Assembly (NCBI GenBank): GCA_963804995.1
Contig: CAWDSK010000006.1
Location: 288,001 to 352,000 of the forward strand
Length of the DNA: 64,000 nucleotides
Source: an uncultured Acidobacteriota bacterium
GTDB taxonomy: Bacteria > Acidobacteriota > Terriglobia > UBA7540
Reading direction: 5' to 3'
A program made the translations under genes and the position numbers. The notes below the pieces were generated by a model that ran no database searches, was not told where the DNA came from, and saw only the letters and a program-made list of their open reading frames with translations. Shown here piece by piece: positions 42,419-53,122 of the stretch. Numbering within the stretch: position 1 is the stretch's first letter; each line of letters begins with the position of its first letter.

Positions 42419-44164
42419 AAGCTCAAGTTCGATAAGTTTCACGACCTCCTGCCATCCCCCGGCAGTGGTCTGGCGAAACAGCCGTGCAGTTGGATACCAG
42501 GGACTATCCTCGCGTTCCAAAAACCAGCGCCAATCACAACCTTTATTCAGCAAGATCCATACGGGTTTACCCATGGCGCCGGCCAGATGTGCAACGCTAC
42601 TGTCGACGGAAATCACCAAGTTGAGATTGGCGACTATCGCCGCCGTATCGGCAAAATCCTTCAACTCAGCCGCAAGATCGATTAATCGCACGTCCGGCGG
42701 CATCTGCTTCACCTGCTCGCTTCCCGGGCCCAACTGCAATGAGTAAAAGGTTGTACCGGCCACGTTCATCAGAGGCACAAGCTGTTCGAGTGGAATGGAA
42801 CGTAAGCGATCGCGATGGTGGCTGGGGTTACCGCCCCAGGCCAGCCCGATGCGCCGCGTATTCCCCTGGAGCCGCTGTTGCCATGCCTCCACCTGTGTCA
42901 GGTCAGGATAGACATAAGGGACTCTTGCCGGGATCGTATTCAATTCCGTTCCGAAGGCCAAAGGTAGACTGAGCAGAGAGCACTGCCAGGCGAACTCTGG
43001 CAGCGTCTCGCCGCGGCTCATCACGTGCGCCGCACCGTCGGTTCCCGAAAGCAGACGACCTAACTGCGGCTGAACTTCCAGCACGACCTGTCCGCCGCGT
43101 GCTGCGACCAACGGAACATAACGCACGAACTGAAGGGTGTCTCCCAAACCTTGTTCGGCATAAAGGAGGATGCGCTCACCGCCAAGCGGTTCGCCTTTCC
43201 ATCGGCGTTGGACTAACCTTCGGTCATCGCCAACCCCGACCTTCCAGCGGGATTCAAATTCGGCCCAGCCGGCCGACAGATCGCCTTGCAGCAGATGGAT
43301 AATTCCCAGATTGACAGTTGCCTCGGCGGAGTCCGGCCGCAGTGCGCGCAGGCGATGAAAGCAATCTGAAGCTTCGGCCAGCTCGCCCAACCCGTAGAGA
43401 ACGAATCCCAAATCACCATAGGCGGCATGCAGCGTAGGGTCTAGCTTTATAGCATCACGGTATGCCTCCGCCGCGGAGATGAGATCACCTTTGCATTCAA
43501 AAAGGTATCCGAGGCCGGCTATCGTCTTTGCCGAGCGGGGATTGAGTCGGAGGGAGCGCCGGAAGGCTTCAATAGCCGCCCCAAAATTGCCGAGATTAGT
43601 GAGAACAAGAGCAAGGCCGTTGTAGATCTCAAACCTTGCCGGGTCGAGGACCAGGGCGCGCTGGTACAACTCGGCGGCCGATTGGAGGGCGCCACCTTGA
43701 TAGAGAACCCTTGCCAGGTGGCAGTAAGGGGCAGGAGAATCAGGCAGGAGAGTCACGGCACGCTGGTAGGAATTTGCCGCGGCGGCGAGGTCCCCAAGCC
43801 GTTCCTGTGCCTCGCCGAGATGCAGGTGCGCTTGTGAAGACTCGGGGCAAAGCTCCACGACTCGCCGGAAGCAATCAATGGCTGGCTGAATCTTGCCCTC
43901 CGCAAGGTATGCACCGGCACGATTGTTTAGCATACCCGGGTCGGCGGCGAGGGTCGCGCTGAGCGATTGGATTGACTCCTGAGGGGAACCTGCCGCCCCT
44001 CCCAATAAGCGCGACATCTGCCGGGCCTCGGAAGACGTTGGGTCCGCCTTCAGAATCTTGCGGTAGCACGCCGCGGCCAGCTCAATGCGACCCTCGCGAT
44101 GATGCTTCAATCCCTTCTTGAGAAGCTTTTGGATATGGTGCTGAGGGGAGACTGCGCCCGCCAC
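42410..44164 (-). CDS. TPR-repeat protein with C-terminal glycosyltransferase (GT9-like) domain
   Basis: Tandem TPRs; EQGLGDTLQF, SVDSSVAHLAGAMG, SPWYPT. Confidence 0.9.
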   Translation of the reverse strand: MAGAVSPQHHIQKLLKKGLKHHREGRIELAAACYRKILKADPTSSEARQMSRLLGGAAGSPQESIQSLSATLAADPGMLNNRAGAYLAEGKIQPAIDCFRRVVELCPESSQAHLHLGEAQERLGDLAAAANSYQRAVTLLPDSPAPYCHLARVLYQGGALQSAAELYQRALVLDPARFEIYNGLALVLTNLGNFGAAIEAFRRSLRLNPRSAKTIAGLGYLFECKGDLISAAEAYRDAIKLDPTLHAAYGDLGFVLYGLGELAEASDCFHRLRALRPDSAEATVNLGIIHLLQGDLSAGWAEFESRWKVGVGDDRRLVQRRWKGEPLGGERILLYAEQGLGDTLQFVRYVPLVAARGGQVVLEVQPQLGRLLSGTDGAAHVMSRGETLPEFAWQCSLLSLPLAFGTELNTIPARVPYVYPDLTQVEAWQQRLQGNTRRIGLAWGGNPSHHRDRLRSIPLEQLVPLMNVAGTTFYSLQLGPGSEQVKQMPPDVRLIDLAAELKDFADTAAIVANLNLVISVDSSVAHLAGAMGKPVWILLNKGCDWRWFLEREDSPWYPTARLFRQTTAGGWQEVVKLIELELRR

Positions 44165-44425
44165 GGTATGACCTCGATGGCCTGCTTACGGGTCGGCCGA
44201 CTTCGCCAGGATTTCTGTTTTCAATTCTTGACCGACTGACAGCATACTTCCTGACGGCCGCTCAATTCAATCGTGGGGGCAGGTTTTCAGTTTCCGCCCG
44301 CACGCCGCCTATTAGTCCCGTGCCCACTTGGTTCAGTGCTTTACGGAAGCGTTCGAAATCAACACAAGCACCGTGTGAACAGAATACGCCCGGAACCTCA
44401 TAAAACGGGAACGGGACTAACAAAA

Positions 44426-44914
44426 TCAGACCTTCCGTATCCTCTCAATCAACCCACTCGTCGAATACCACTCGGCCAACGGAATCACGACCACCTCCCC
44501 TCCGGCATCTTCGACTTCCGCCCGGCCCACGATGGTCTCAGGCGTCCAGTCCCCGCCCTTGACGAGCACGTTCGGCATGATGGCCTTAATGAGATTGAGT
44601 GGCGTGGGTTCGTCGAAGATGACAACGTAATCGACTGCGGCGAGTCCAGCCAGCATTTCAGCGCGCTCGGCTTCTGGAATGATCGGCCGCTCGGGTCCCT
44701 TGAGCTCGCGCACACTGCGGTCGCTGTTGAGGCCGACAATGAGAGCATCGCCGAGGCTTTTCGCCGTTTCGAGCATGCGCAAGTGGCCGACGTGCAGGAG
44801 GTCGAAGCAGCCGTTGGTGAAGACGATCTGGATGTGTACCATCGGTCGCCGGGAACGGATGGAGCGACAGATGTCGACCGCGGTGGGGAGATCAACAACC
44901 TTGCTGTTCTTCAT
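44426..44914 (-). CDS. rfaE2: D-glycero-beta-D-manno-heptose 1-phosphate adenylyltransferase
   Basis: [44 protein letters not shown]. Confidence 0.9.
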   Translation of the reverse strand: MKNSKVVDLPTAVDICRSIRSRRPMVHIQIVFTNGCFDLLHVGHLRMLETAKSLGDALIVGLNSDRSVRELKGPERPIIPEAERAEMLAGLAAVDYVVIFDEPTPLNLIKAIMPNVLVKGGDWTPETIVGRAEVEDAGGEVVVIPLAEWYSTSGLIERIRKV

Positions 44915-44977
44915 CAACTTTCTCCGATTGTGTCGACCGGCTGATAGCATACTTGCTGGCGGCCTCTGAATTCAATC

Positions 44978-45597
44978 GTGCGTGCGCGTTTTCAGTTGAG
45001 AACGGTTCTCGGCGCAACGGCCTTTGACCCACTTGGGCACGCAGCCCATGCCATCACTGGCGACCAGGGTCGCGCCGTCCAAGGCGAAAAACCGACAGGC
45101 CGAAACCCTTACAGCGCCGGAACTTTCAGAGCGGCCGCGGACCTCTTGGCACGGGTTATGTTCTGGTACTTCGTGGAGCAGGAGCCGGCGCGAATTCCGT
45201 TTCCACAACTGCCCACGGAAGTCGAGTTGCGCGCCCGGCAACAGTTCGGATTTGTTCCGAAGCCGGACCAGGATGTCCTTGCGGACATTGCCTAGTTCAT
45301 CTGGGTGACTTACTTTGCGGGCCTCCTGGACCTTCACCTTCATGTCCCCCCTATGTTGTGTGCGCGAGCGACAAGCCCCTAGCCAGTCCCCTCGCCCGAT
45401 GGCCGGTTCAACAGAGTGACGTCGTGTCGACGTTTCACCACAAGAGCTTGAAACTGGGAAACTCCATCCATCGGGGTCTACTCGCCCTACTCGATGGCTC
45501 ACGCGACCGCACCGCCTTGCGCACCGACCTCATGCAAATCTTCGAAAGTGGAAAGCTCAACTTGTCGATGGAGACGGTAAGCGGGTTAGCGACATGA
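44978..45597 (+). pseudogene. C-terminal remnant resembling methyltransferase-regulatory-domain proteins
   Basis: KPLASPLARW..LLALLDGSRDR in broken frames. Confidence 0.45.
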
Positions 45598-46242
45598 GCC
45601 TGGTAGGCAAGGCCATTAAGAGAGAAGAACTGGAATCCGTCCTTGCCTCGCGGGTAGTGGAGGCCCTGATGAACCTGGGTCTGGCAAGCCTTGACCCCTC
45701 CGACGGTAGTCGCCTGTTTTGCCTTGTTGTACTTTATCCCGTGGGGTCGCTTTCCTCATTCCCCTGTGTGATGGCCAAGCAACCGTCCGGCAGCTCTGGA
45801 AGAGGTGCAAGGCCCACGATTTCATCCATGCCGAAACCTCTCCCTAGGAATTTGCCAAGCTGATCGGCGTCCTGATTTCAGGAGGTTTCCTCGAGGTAGC
45901 CGACTTTGCACTGCCGGATCCGCAGGCCGGGGAGGAACCCCTTGCCGACGCGCATGAGCACCTTCCACATCAAGCTCTGTAGGGATGGCGATGTGCTCAA
46001 CCTGAGGGCGGCCGGAGAAGCTCTTTGCCCACTCTCGGGGTGGGGCTGGGGGAAGAGACCCGATGAAAGAGGATGTTAGGCTGCCAGGCGGGCAAGGGGC
46101 TGGCAACTCAAGGGCTGGTCACAGCAATCGCCGGGCAGGAGAACTTAAGCCAGATATTTCTAAAATAGATATATTAAGAAATAAGATAAACTAACCTAAG
46201 AATTCCGCACTGGGGTGAATATCTCGTTCCCTTTTCATTTCC

Positions 46243-48210
46243 CTAGTGGCCGAAGAATTTCTCCAAGGTTTCAACCTCGCGCTCCGCCATTGCCCGATAC
46301 TTGTTCGCCGCCACAAGGTCCTTGGCATTCAAGGCCTTGTCAAATTTATCCATGTACATTCTCATTCGGGTCTGTGAGGTTGAAATATCCGATCGCAAAT
46401 TGTTGCCTCCGGCCGCCATTTGCTTGCGCAGGCTCTCCACACTTTGGTCTGCGGCCTGGGCACGGGCAGCCAGCTTGTCATGCTGATCGGTCAGTTCCTC
46501 AAGTTCCTGCGTATTGACGGGGTTGGTCTCCGCGGGGGTTTGCGCAACCTGTCCTGCCCCACCCGGCACTGGGGGCGAAACGATATTCCCTCCACCCGCC
46601 GCCAGATTGGAAGGAGTAGCGTGGTTCGTCGGGGCCTTGTTGGTGAGGTGCGCCGTTTTTCCACCCGGGTTGACCGGATTCTCGGTGGAAGGCGCCTTTA
46701 AAGATGGGTTCGCTGAGGCTCCCGATGCGACCGGAGGGGAACTAGCACTACCCGCGCCGAATGCTCCGGTGGCGTGGGTTGCGTCAGGGTTCGGAGAGGT
46801 TGCAACTGTGGAGGGATTCGGTGCGCCCGTCTGCGGCTGCGTGCCGGCGTCGGGGTTCGGAGAGATTGCAACTGTGGGGGGATTCGGTGCGCCCGTCTGC
46901 GGCTGCGTGCCGGCGTCGGGCGTTGGGGTGTTCGGGGCCACGGTAACGGAATTGGGCGTAGCGGGCGTGGCCACCTGGGCAGTTTGGTCTCCGCCGGCTC
47001 GGGTCTTCATGATGCGTGGAACCTGCGTCGCGGCCAGGACAATAATCCCCAAGGCAATTAATGCCCCCAGGGTCATGTAGAGCCCGCGATAACCTTTGGA
47101 GCCGCTGGGCGGGGGGACGCCGTGGGAAGGAACAGGCGGAGGGAGTGTAGTCGCCATGGGATCCGCCGGCTGGGGGGCCATCACCGTAGGCAAATTGCTG
47201 GCGGAGATGTAACTCCCCGGAGCGGAAACCGCTCCGCCCATTGCCACCGGCTGCGCGGGTGCCGGCGGGGCCGGGGTTGTTGGAGTGGCCATCATGCCCG
47301 TCGCGGAGGCATACACGGGGGAGGCGTTAAAGGCCGGGGCGATGCTTCCTAAGGGCGCTCCGGCGGAGGCTTGCACAGGGGTCGATTTAAGCGCCGGGGT
47401 GATGCTTCCTAAGGCTGCGCTGAACGCCTCGGCGGTTTGAAACCGCTTGGCGGGGTCCTTTTCGAGCGAGATCATGATGATGTCATTGAGCGCTTTGGGC
47501 AAGTCGGGCATCATTTCAATCGGCGGCATGGGGGTCTGCTGCAGTTGTGCCACCATGATGTCGAAATCACTCTTGCCCTTGAAGGGCCGCGAACCCGTGA
47601 CCAACTCGTAGAGAGAAACCCCGACTGAGTACAGATCCGAACGGCCATCCAACTCGTTGCCCTGCACCTGCTCGGCCGACATGTAGAAGATCGAACCCAG
47701 GGTGGTGCCGGTCTGGGTCAGCTTCCGGTCGGTTTTGGATTTGGCGATTCCAAAGTCCATGAGTTTGATCACGTTGTCGGGTGTCAGCATCATGTTGGCA
47801 GGCTTGATGTCCCGGTGAATGACGCCGCGTTTATGAGCATAACCCAGCGCCGCCAGGACCTGCGTAATGTAGCTGATGGCATCCTCGAGGGGAACTGCCC
47901 CCGCCTTGGCCCTTTCATCCAGGGTCGTACCATCGACAAACTCCATAACCATGAGGAGCTGATTCTCCAGGCGAAACGCGGTTCGGAGGCCGGCGATATT
48001 GGGATGATTCAAGCTTGCCAGCACCTTGATTTCGCGCATGAATCGGTCCGCGAGTTCAGGGTCATTGGCAAGATCCGGCAACAACACTTTCAAAGCATCG
48101 ATGCGGTCAGAAATCTGGTTCTTGACCTTGTAAACCTTCCCCATTCCGCCTGCGCCCAACAGGCCGATAATCTGATAATCCCCCACCGTGTCGCCAATTT
48201 GAAAGCCCAT
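46243..48210 (-). CDS. Hanks-type membrane Ser/Thr protein kinase (PpkA-like role)
   Basis: GAGGMG, ALK, HRDIKPAN, DFG; one TM; Pro/Thr linker; C-terminal coiled coil. Confidence 0.95.
   Translation of the reverse strand: MGFQIGDTVGDYQIIGLLGAGGMGKVYKVKNQISDRIDALKVLLPDLANDPELADRFMREIKVLASLNHPNIAGLRTAFRLENQLLMVMEFVDGTTLDERAKAGAVPLEDAISYITQVLAALGYAHKRGVIHRDIKPANMMLTPDNVIKLMDFGIAKSKTDRKLTQTGTTLGSIFYMSAEQVQGNELDGRSDLYSVGVSLYELVTGSRPFKGKSDFDIMVAQLQQTPMPPIEMMPDLPKALNDIIMISLEKDPAKRFQTAEAFSAALGSITPALKSTPVQASAGAPLGSIAPAFNASPVYASATGMMATPTTPAPPAPAQPVAMGGAVSAPGSYISASNLPTVMAPQPADPMATTLPPPVPSHGVPPPSGSKGYRGLYMTLGALIALGIIVLAATQVPRIMKTRAGGDQTAQVATPATPNSVTVAPNTPTPDAGTQPQTGAPNPPTVAISPNPDAGTQPQTGAPNPSTVATSPNPDATHATGAFGAGSASSPPVASGASANPSLKAPSTENPVNPGGKTAHLTNKAPTNHATPSNLAAGGGNIVSPPVPGGAGQVAQTPAETNPVNTQELEELTDQHDKLAARAQAADQSVESLRKQMAAGGNNLRSDISTSQTRMRMYMDKFDKALNAKDLVAANKYRAMAEREVETLEKFFGH
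46790..46920 (-). repeat. 66-bp tandem duplication within the kinase linker
   Basis: PDAGTQPQTGAPNPxTVAxSPN twice. Confidence 0.85.
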
Positions 48211-48238
48211 GGCTCACCTCCCCTTTGGGAAGAACCCG

Positions 48239-49207
48239 TTACTGCTCCGTCTCCGCGGCATCGCCCACCGCCGGAGGCGTTGATCCGGAATACGTGCCCG
48301 TGGAAGAACCCTCATCCGCCTGGGTAATCGTCAAGTCACCCACTTTAGTCAAAACTACCTTCAAAACCTTTCCCGTCGCGGGGTCGTGGATTTCCTTGCC
48401 CTTGCGCGAAATGGCCAAGCGGTCGCCCACCTTGACCCCGGCTTTGGTGCCCACGTTCAAAATCACGGTGTTGCCCTCAACGTCCGCCACCAATCCGGAG
48501 ACCTCCACTTTCACGGTAGGCAGCGCGTCAGCTTTGTCATCAAGTTGTTGGCCCAAGTTGGCGACCGAGGCATTCACCGCTTCGCCCAGGATGCTGTTGG
48601 CAAAATTGCTGCTGCCCATGTCGAGCTGCCCGCCTCCGCCACCGGACCAGCCGCCGCCTCCGCCGCCCATCTTAAAGCCGCCGCGCTTCGATTCTCCGCT
48701 CCCGGTTGCCACCGCCAGAATTTCCGCCGTGTTGATGTCGATTATTTTGGCGGTGACGTTCACGACGGCCTTGGCCTCACTCTTGCCGACTCCGCCGAGG
48801 CCATACCTTCCCAAACCGTAGCCTCCCCCGCCCACTCCCACGTGCTTATCGTCGCGGCCAAACTGGGTGATGGTGCCGGTGATGATGGCACTCACTCCCA
48901 AGATGCGGCCGATCTTGGCCGCCGTCGTGGCGTCAGCGCGGTCGCTGTTCGAAAAATTCTGTTCTTTAAGGACCTTGTCCATCGCGTTGCGGTCGATTAC
49001 TCGATATTTTCCGTCCTGAACAAGTTTCTGCTCCAGCAGAAGCGAGATGCCTTTGCCTACGTCCTGGTCGGTGCCAAAGTAAGCCTGCACCTCTGAACGC
49101 ACTGTGCCGTAATCAAAATCCAAAACTGCCACGCGCTTCTTGTCCTGCGCCCCTGCGCCCGAGGTCACGATCAGCATGACCAGCAAGATCCCCAAAACCT
49201 TTCTCAT
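48239..49207 (-). CDS. CsgG/HfaB-family exported protein with C-terminal beta domain
   Basis: Signal peptide; RVAVLDF, VIDR..VLKEQ, IGRILGV.AIITGTITQFG; LNVGTKAGVKVGD. Confidence 0.85.
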   Translation of the reverse strand: MRKVLGILLVMLIVTSGAGAQDKKRVAVLDFDYGTVRSEVQAYFGTDQDVGKGISLLLEQKLVQDGKYRVIDRNAMDKVLKEQNFSNSDRADATTAAKIGRILGVSAIITGTITQFGRDDKHVGVGGGGYGLGRYGLGGVGKSEAKAVVNVTAKIIDINTAEILAVATGSGESKRGGFKMGGGGGGWSGGGGGQLDMGSSNFANSILGEAVNASVANLGQQLDDKADALPTVKVEVSGLVADVEGNTVILNVGTKAGVKVGDRLAISRKGKEIHDPATGKVLKVVLTKVGDLTITQADEGSSTGTYSGSTPPAVGDAAETEQ

Positions 49208-49484
49208 TGTCCCCTCCGGAAATGAACTTGAACGCCGGAACCGATCGTCAAGCCCGCCCCCTCTTGACGCCGGCGGTCGTTCCTACCTGCTACCCCTCCG
49301 ATGCCTTGAAAATCCACCGCGGGCCGTGGCCCATCCCCTTTTGCCAGCTCAGGATGGCTTTGATCTAAACTTTGTTCGGGCCAGGTTCCCTAAAATCTGT
49401 TTTCTGAATTCTAATCGATGAATTATAACACTTTTTAGACATGAATAAAAGGCGTTTGAACCAGTGGTGTGGTGTCATTTGGAA

Positions 49485-49668
49485 GTGGCACGGGCGTCCG
49501 AATCTGTGAAAAAATACCATTTTCACCGCTGAGACGCTGAGACGCAGAGAAATGACCCTTTGTTTTCAAGCCTCTGCGCCTCCGCGTCTCAGCGGTGAAA
49601 GGTTTGATGGGATTTTTTCACAGCTTCTCCCGCCCGTGAACGGTCACGGCCAAGATGGCCGTGCCACG
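49485..49668. repeat. REP-like palindrome interrupted by a 128-bp MITE-like insert
   Basis: GTGGCACGG..CCGTGCCAC; insert 49500-49627 with 16-bp IRs and TCC duplication. Confidence 0.7.
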
Positions 49669-50153
49669 GCGAAAGACACGACTACCGAACCAGTGGCAGC
49701 GGTTTCGGAATTCACGACGAGGAAGGCGTTCGATGGTGGCTTGGGGGGTGTGTTCAGGCCGGGTGGGCCGGGCGGACAGGGCGGGATCTATTGTGAGAGG
49801 CCATTTTTTCGCTGCTGACGGACACGGCCACGACGCGCGGACGGGCGAGGAACCGAAGCGAGGGAAAGCGAGGCAATCAAGGCAGGGGGCTGTTAACTAG
49901 AGTCCAGCAATGCCGGGGGCGGGGGGTACGGACGGCCATCCATGGGGGAGCGCAGATAGTCGGCCAGACCGAGACACTTCGTCATGTACTGGCGCAGGCG
50001 ACAGGGCGTTGCCCACCTCGGTGATGTTCCTGACGGGTTCCGCCGCCACCGGCCGGCGCCTTGGGGTGAACAACGTCCCCGTCGCTCATTAGCCAATTTC
50101 GACTCACGATCAACCTCGAAAAGCTAAGCACGTATGGCGGCCTCGAATACTTC

Positions 50154-50444
50154 CTATCCGATGAGCACGGTAAAACATCCGAGAACGATGGTGCCCCCGT
50201 GGGCAGTTAGATCAAGCATGCGAGCGGCGGGCAGGCTTCCCACCAAAACGGTGAAGGACCCCAGCGCGATAACATCAGGGGGTCCGACGCAGGTCGCCAG
50301 ATCCGTCACCCGAGCTTGCGGCAGGCTTCCCGTCAGAACGGTCGGGCAGCAGGGGGGCAGAATGGGGCCGCCCACGTGCGGCACAATTCCGGTAACCATG
50401 GGGCAAACGTGCAGGTCAGTCACTCGAGCGGCGGGCATTCCCAT
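50154..50444 (-). CDS. PAAR domain protein
   Basis: PAAR, PQAR and PAAR motifs; HVCP. Confidence 0.95.
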   Translation of the reverse strand: MGMPAARVTDLHVCPMVTGIVPHVGGPILPPCCPTVLTGSLPQARVTDLATCVGPPDVIALGSFTVLVGSLPAARMLDLTAHGGTIVLGCFTVLIG

Positions 50445-50478
50445 AAGGATCCTCCCTATCGACGTTTTCGATCAACCT

Positions 50479-51072
50479 TCACTGCTGGGGGGCTTGCTGC
50501 ATTCGAGCCATCAAAGCCGATGCTTTTTGCATAAACACGCGATACTTTTCCTTGGCCTTTTCGGGTTCACTGACCACGCCCGCGAGGAATACCGCGCCGG
50601 CAACAATTTCGGAGGTGACATGGTCGGGCGGCGGCGCGGGTTGGACGTTAGGCGGCGTCATGCTAGGACCCGCGAAAAACACGGCCATTGCCAGCAAGCC
50701 GGAAGGGGTCTTCGGGTCTTCCTTGTCGGCAATTTCCTTGGCAGCCCAGCGATTCTCCTCATTAGGAGCAGACACCCATCGTTCCGCGGCTACCTGAACA
50801 TTCGGAAGGGGTTTGTCTTTTTGGCTCGCCAGGATATGCCGCACGCAAAGGCAACCCCACCCGATCGCTTCCCGCTTGGGGAGCAAGTGGGCGACCACAC
50901 GGATCGCGTCGCGAAACAGCTCTTTCTCCACCAGGAGACCGAGGAATTCCTTCGTCGCTGTTTGCTCGGTCACGAGAGCCTTGGCTTCATCACTCACCTT
51001 GGCACGCGCACAGAGCTGCTGCAACGGCGATGCCGGTGTTTTCGCTACTCCATCACTGCCCATATTTTGCAT
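50479..51072 (-). CDS. DUF6931-like protein between vgrG and PAAR
   Basis: AHLLPKREAIGWGC, WVSAPNEENR; position in the operon; start could be 51063. Confidence 0.7.
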   Translation of the reverse strand: MQNMGSDGVAKTPASPLQQLCARAKVSDEAKALVTEQTATKEFLGLLVEKELFRDAIRVVAHLLPKREAIGWGCLCVRHILASQKDKPLPNVQVAAERWVSAPNEENRWAAKEIADKEDPKTPSGLLAMAVFFAGPSMTPPNVQPAPPPDHVTSEIVAGAVFLAGVVSEPEKAKEKYRVFMQKASALMARMQQAPQQ

Positions 51073-51074
51073 CC

Positions 51075-53042
51075 TTAGTTGATCATGACGATTCCGCCCT
51101 GGCACTGGAGCATGGCGCCGGCCGTCACCTTGGTCATAACCTGTCCGTTGATGGTAATCATCATCCCCTGGATGGTCACGCCCATTTGATCAACCTTTAC
51201 GCTGCTTTGCCCCACCGTGAGGGTGATCGATTGCATGGCCTCGGTCGAACTCGCGCCCAAATCCAACTTCGTAGTTTGATTTCCCATGGATATTTTCAGC
51301 GAATCGTTGCCCATGCTGATCTCCACGCTGCGGTTACCCATGTCGATCTTGTGGTCGTCATTGCCTTGCGAAACCTCAACCAGTCGGTTCCCAGTCTTAA
51401 TGGTAACCGATTCGTTACCCTGATCAACGGTCTCGGTCCGATTGTTCTTAACATCGATGGTCTGGTCATGGCCGACGGTCAAGGAATCGTCATTCTCAAC
51501 CTCCCGAGTCATGTCCTTTTCCGCGTGGATAAAGAACATTTCACTTCCCTTTTTGTCTTCGAAGTGGATTTCGTTGAAGTTGTCGGTGCCCCCGCCTTTT
51601 GAGCTGCGGGTTTTCATAACGCTTTGCGTCATGTTATCGGGCAGGGTGTAGGGCGGCATCTGTTCCGCGTTGTAAACCCGCCCGGTAACCAGCGGCTGAT
51701 CGGGATCCCCCTCCAGAAAATCCACCATCACCTCCTGGCCAATGCGCGGTAGGAAGATCACACCCCAATTCTTGCCCGCCCAGAACTGCGACACACGAAT
51801 CCAACAGGAACTATTCTCATCCTTCTTTCCCTGCCGGTCCCAGAAAAACTGCACCTTGATCCGGCCGTATTTATCCGTGTAAATCTCTTCCCCCGAAGGG
51901 CCCACCACCACTGCCGGCTGTGGTCCCATAATGGTGGGATGGGGAGTTGAGCGCAGAGGCCGAAAGGGAACGGAGGCAGGAATACATCGGAAGGAATTGG
52001 AGTAATGTTCTTCCGTGCCGCCCCTCCGAGAACCAAAACCCGTGGTCCGGGCGTGATGCTCAATGTCCGTCAAGAGGTAGGAAGTGTTCATGTCCTCGCG
52101 GTAATGCTCCGTCAACGTGAACTTATAGCCGCTAACCATGCTGCGCGCATCACTTGTCCCATTGATGACCAGATGCACTGCTTCCTCTTCCTGCATCCGG
52201 ATTTTCGTCAAGGGCACCCCTTCGCCTTTATTCAGGTACTTTCCAGGATAATCGTAGGTATCATATTGACTGTTTCCGCCCACGCTGTCGAGAGTGGCGG
52301 AGGTAGCAAGCAGACTACTGCTCGGCGTTTCAAAATTGTAGTCGGTGAGAGTACATTTACCCGTGCGCAACTCCTGCTCGGCGTGCCATCCGTCCACCAC
52401 GTCCTCATCCAGAACCGCATGAGTTTCAAAGTAGAAACGGAATTGGTTCTGGCCCGGGCAATTCGCGTTGGCGCTGGCATCGTCGCCCATCACTAGCGTG
52501 TGTTTGTCCTGCTCATGTTTGAAAAAGTAGAAAATGCCGTACTCTTCCATGAGCCGGGATACAAAATTGAAATCAGTTTCGCGGTATTGGACGCAGTAGT
52601 CCCGCGCTGTGTAGGAACCCTTGGTTGAATCAGTAAAATCATTGAAGCCCAGATTGGTAAATACCTTCTTGATAATATCCGGTATTTTCATTTTCTGAAA
52701 AATGCGGCAATCCGCGGTGCGCGTCAGGAACCAAAGCCAGGGGACCATTTCCGCATGGTAAGAGGTGAAGGTTTCATCCGCGCCCCCCTGGCCAAAGCGG
52801 CTGATAACCCCGCTGAGGTACCGGGGAGTACCGTCCGCTTGGGTCACCGCGATGGTCACATTTTTCCCGATGATTTGGGTGAAATCGATGCTGGGGTCTT
52901 CGGATAGGAGGTCTAATTCGAAGCGAAAGAGCCGCGAAATCCCTTCTGACCCCCTGAACCCTTTCAGGAGGAGTTTATCCTTTCCCAATGGCGTGGTGAG
53001 GGTGAAGAGACTGGTCTCACCGTGTACGAAGCTCGTCCCCAT
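51075..53042 (-). CDS. vgrG: T6SS spike VgrG (TssI), no C-terminal effector extension
   Basis: QYRETDFNFVSRLMEE, DKYGRIKVQFFW, PRIGQEV, GDPDQP, gp5 repeats. Confidence 0.96.
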   Translation of the reverse strand: MGTSFVHGETSLFTLTTPLGKDKLLLKGFRGSEGISRLFRFELDLLSEDPSIDFTQIIGKNVTIAVTQADGTPRYLSGVISRFGQGGADETFTSYHAEMVPWLWFLTRTADCRIFQKMKIPDIIKKVFTNLGFNDFTDSTKGSYTARDYCVQYRETDFNFVSRLMEEYGIFYFFKHEQDKHTLVMGDDASANANCPGQNQFRFYFETHAVLDEDVVDGWHAEQELRTGKCTLTDYNFETPSSSLLATSATLDSVGGNSQYDTYDYPGKYLNKGEGVPLTKIRMQEEEAVHLVINGTSDARSMVSGYKFTLTEHYREDMNTSYLLTDIEHHARTTGFGSRRGGTEEHYSNSFRCIPASVPFRPLRSTPHPTIMGPQPAVVVGPSGEEIYTDKYGRIKVQFFWDRQGKKDENSSCWIRVSQFWAGKNWGVIFLPRIGQEVMVDFLEGDPDQPLVTGRVYNAEQMPPYTLPDNMTQSVMKTRSSKGGGTDNFNEIHFEDKKGSEMFFIHAEKDMTREVENDDSLTVGHDQTIDVKNNRTETVDQGNESVTIKTGNRLVEVSQGNDDHKIDMGNRSVEISMGNDSLKISMGNQTTKLDLGASSTEAMQSITLTVGQSSVKVDQMGVTIQGMMITINGQVMTKVTAGAMLQCQGGIVMIN

Positions 53043-53122
53043 GAATTTGCTCCTCCTGGTTGGGTTACGAACGGGTTCTCGCCCGCTACCCCTCATTCAA
53101 TTATTACCCGCTTTTCTTATCC

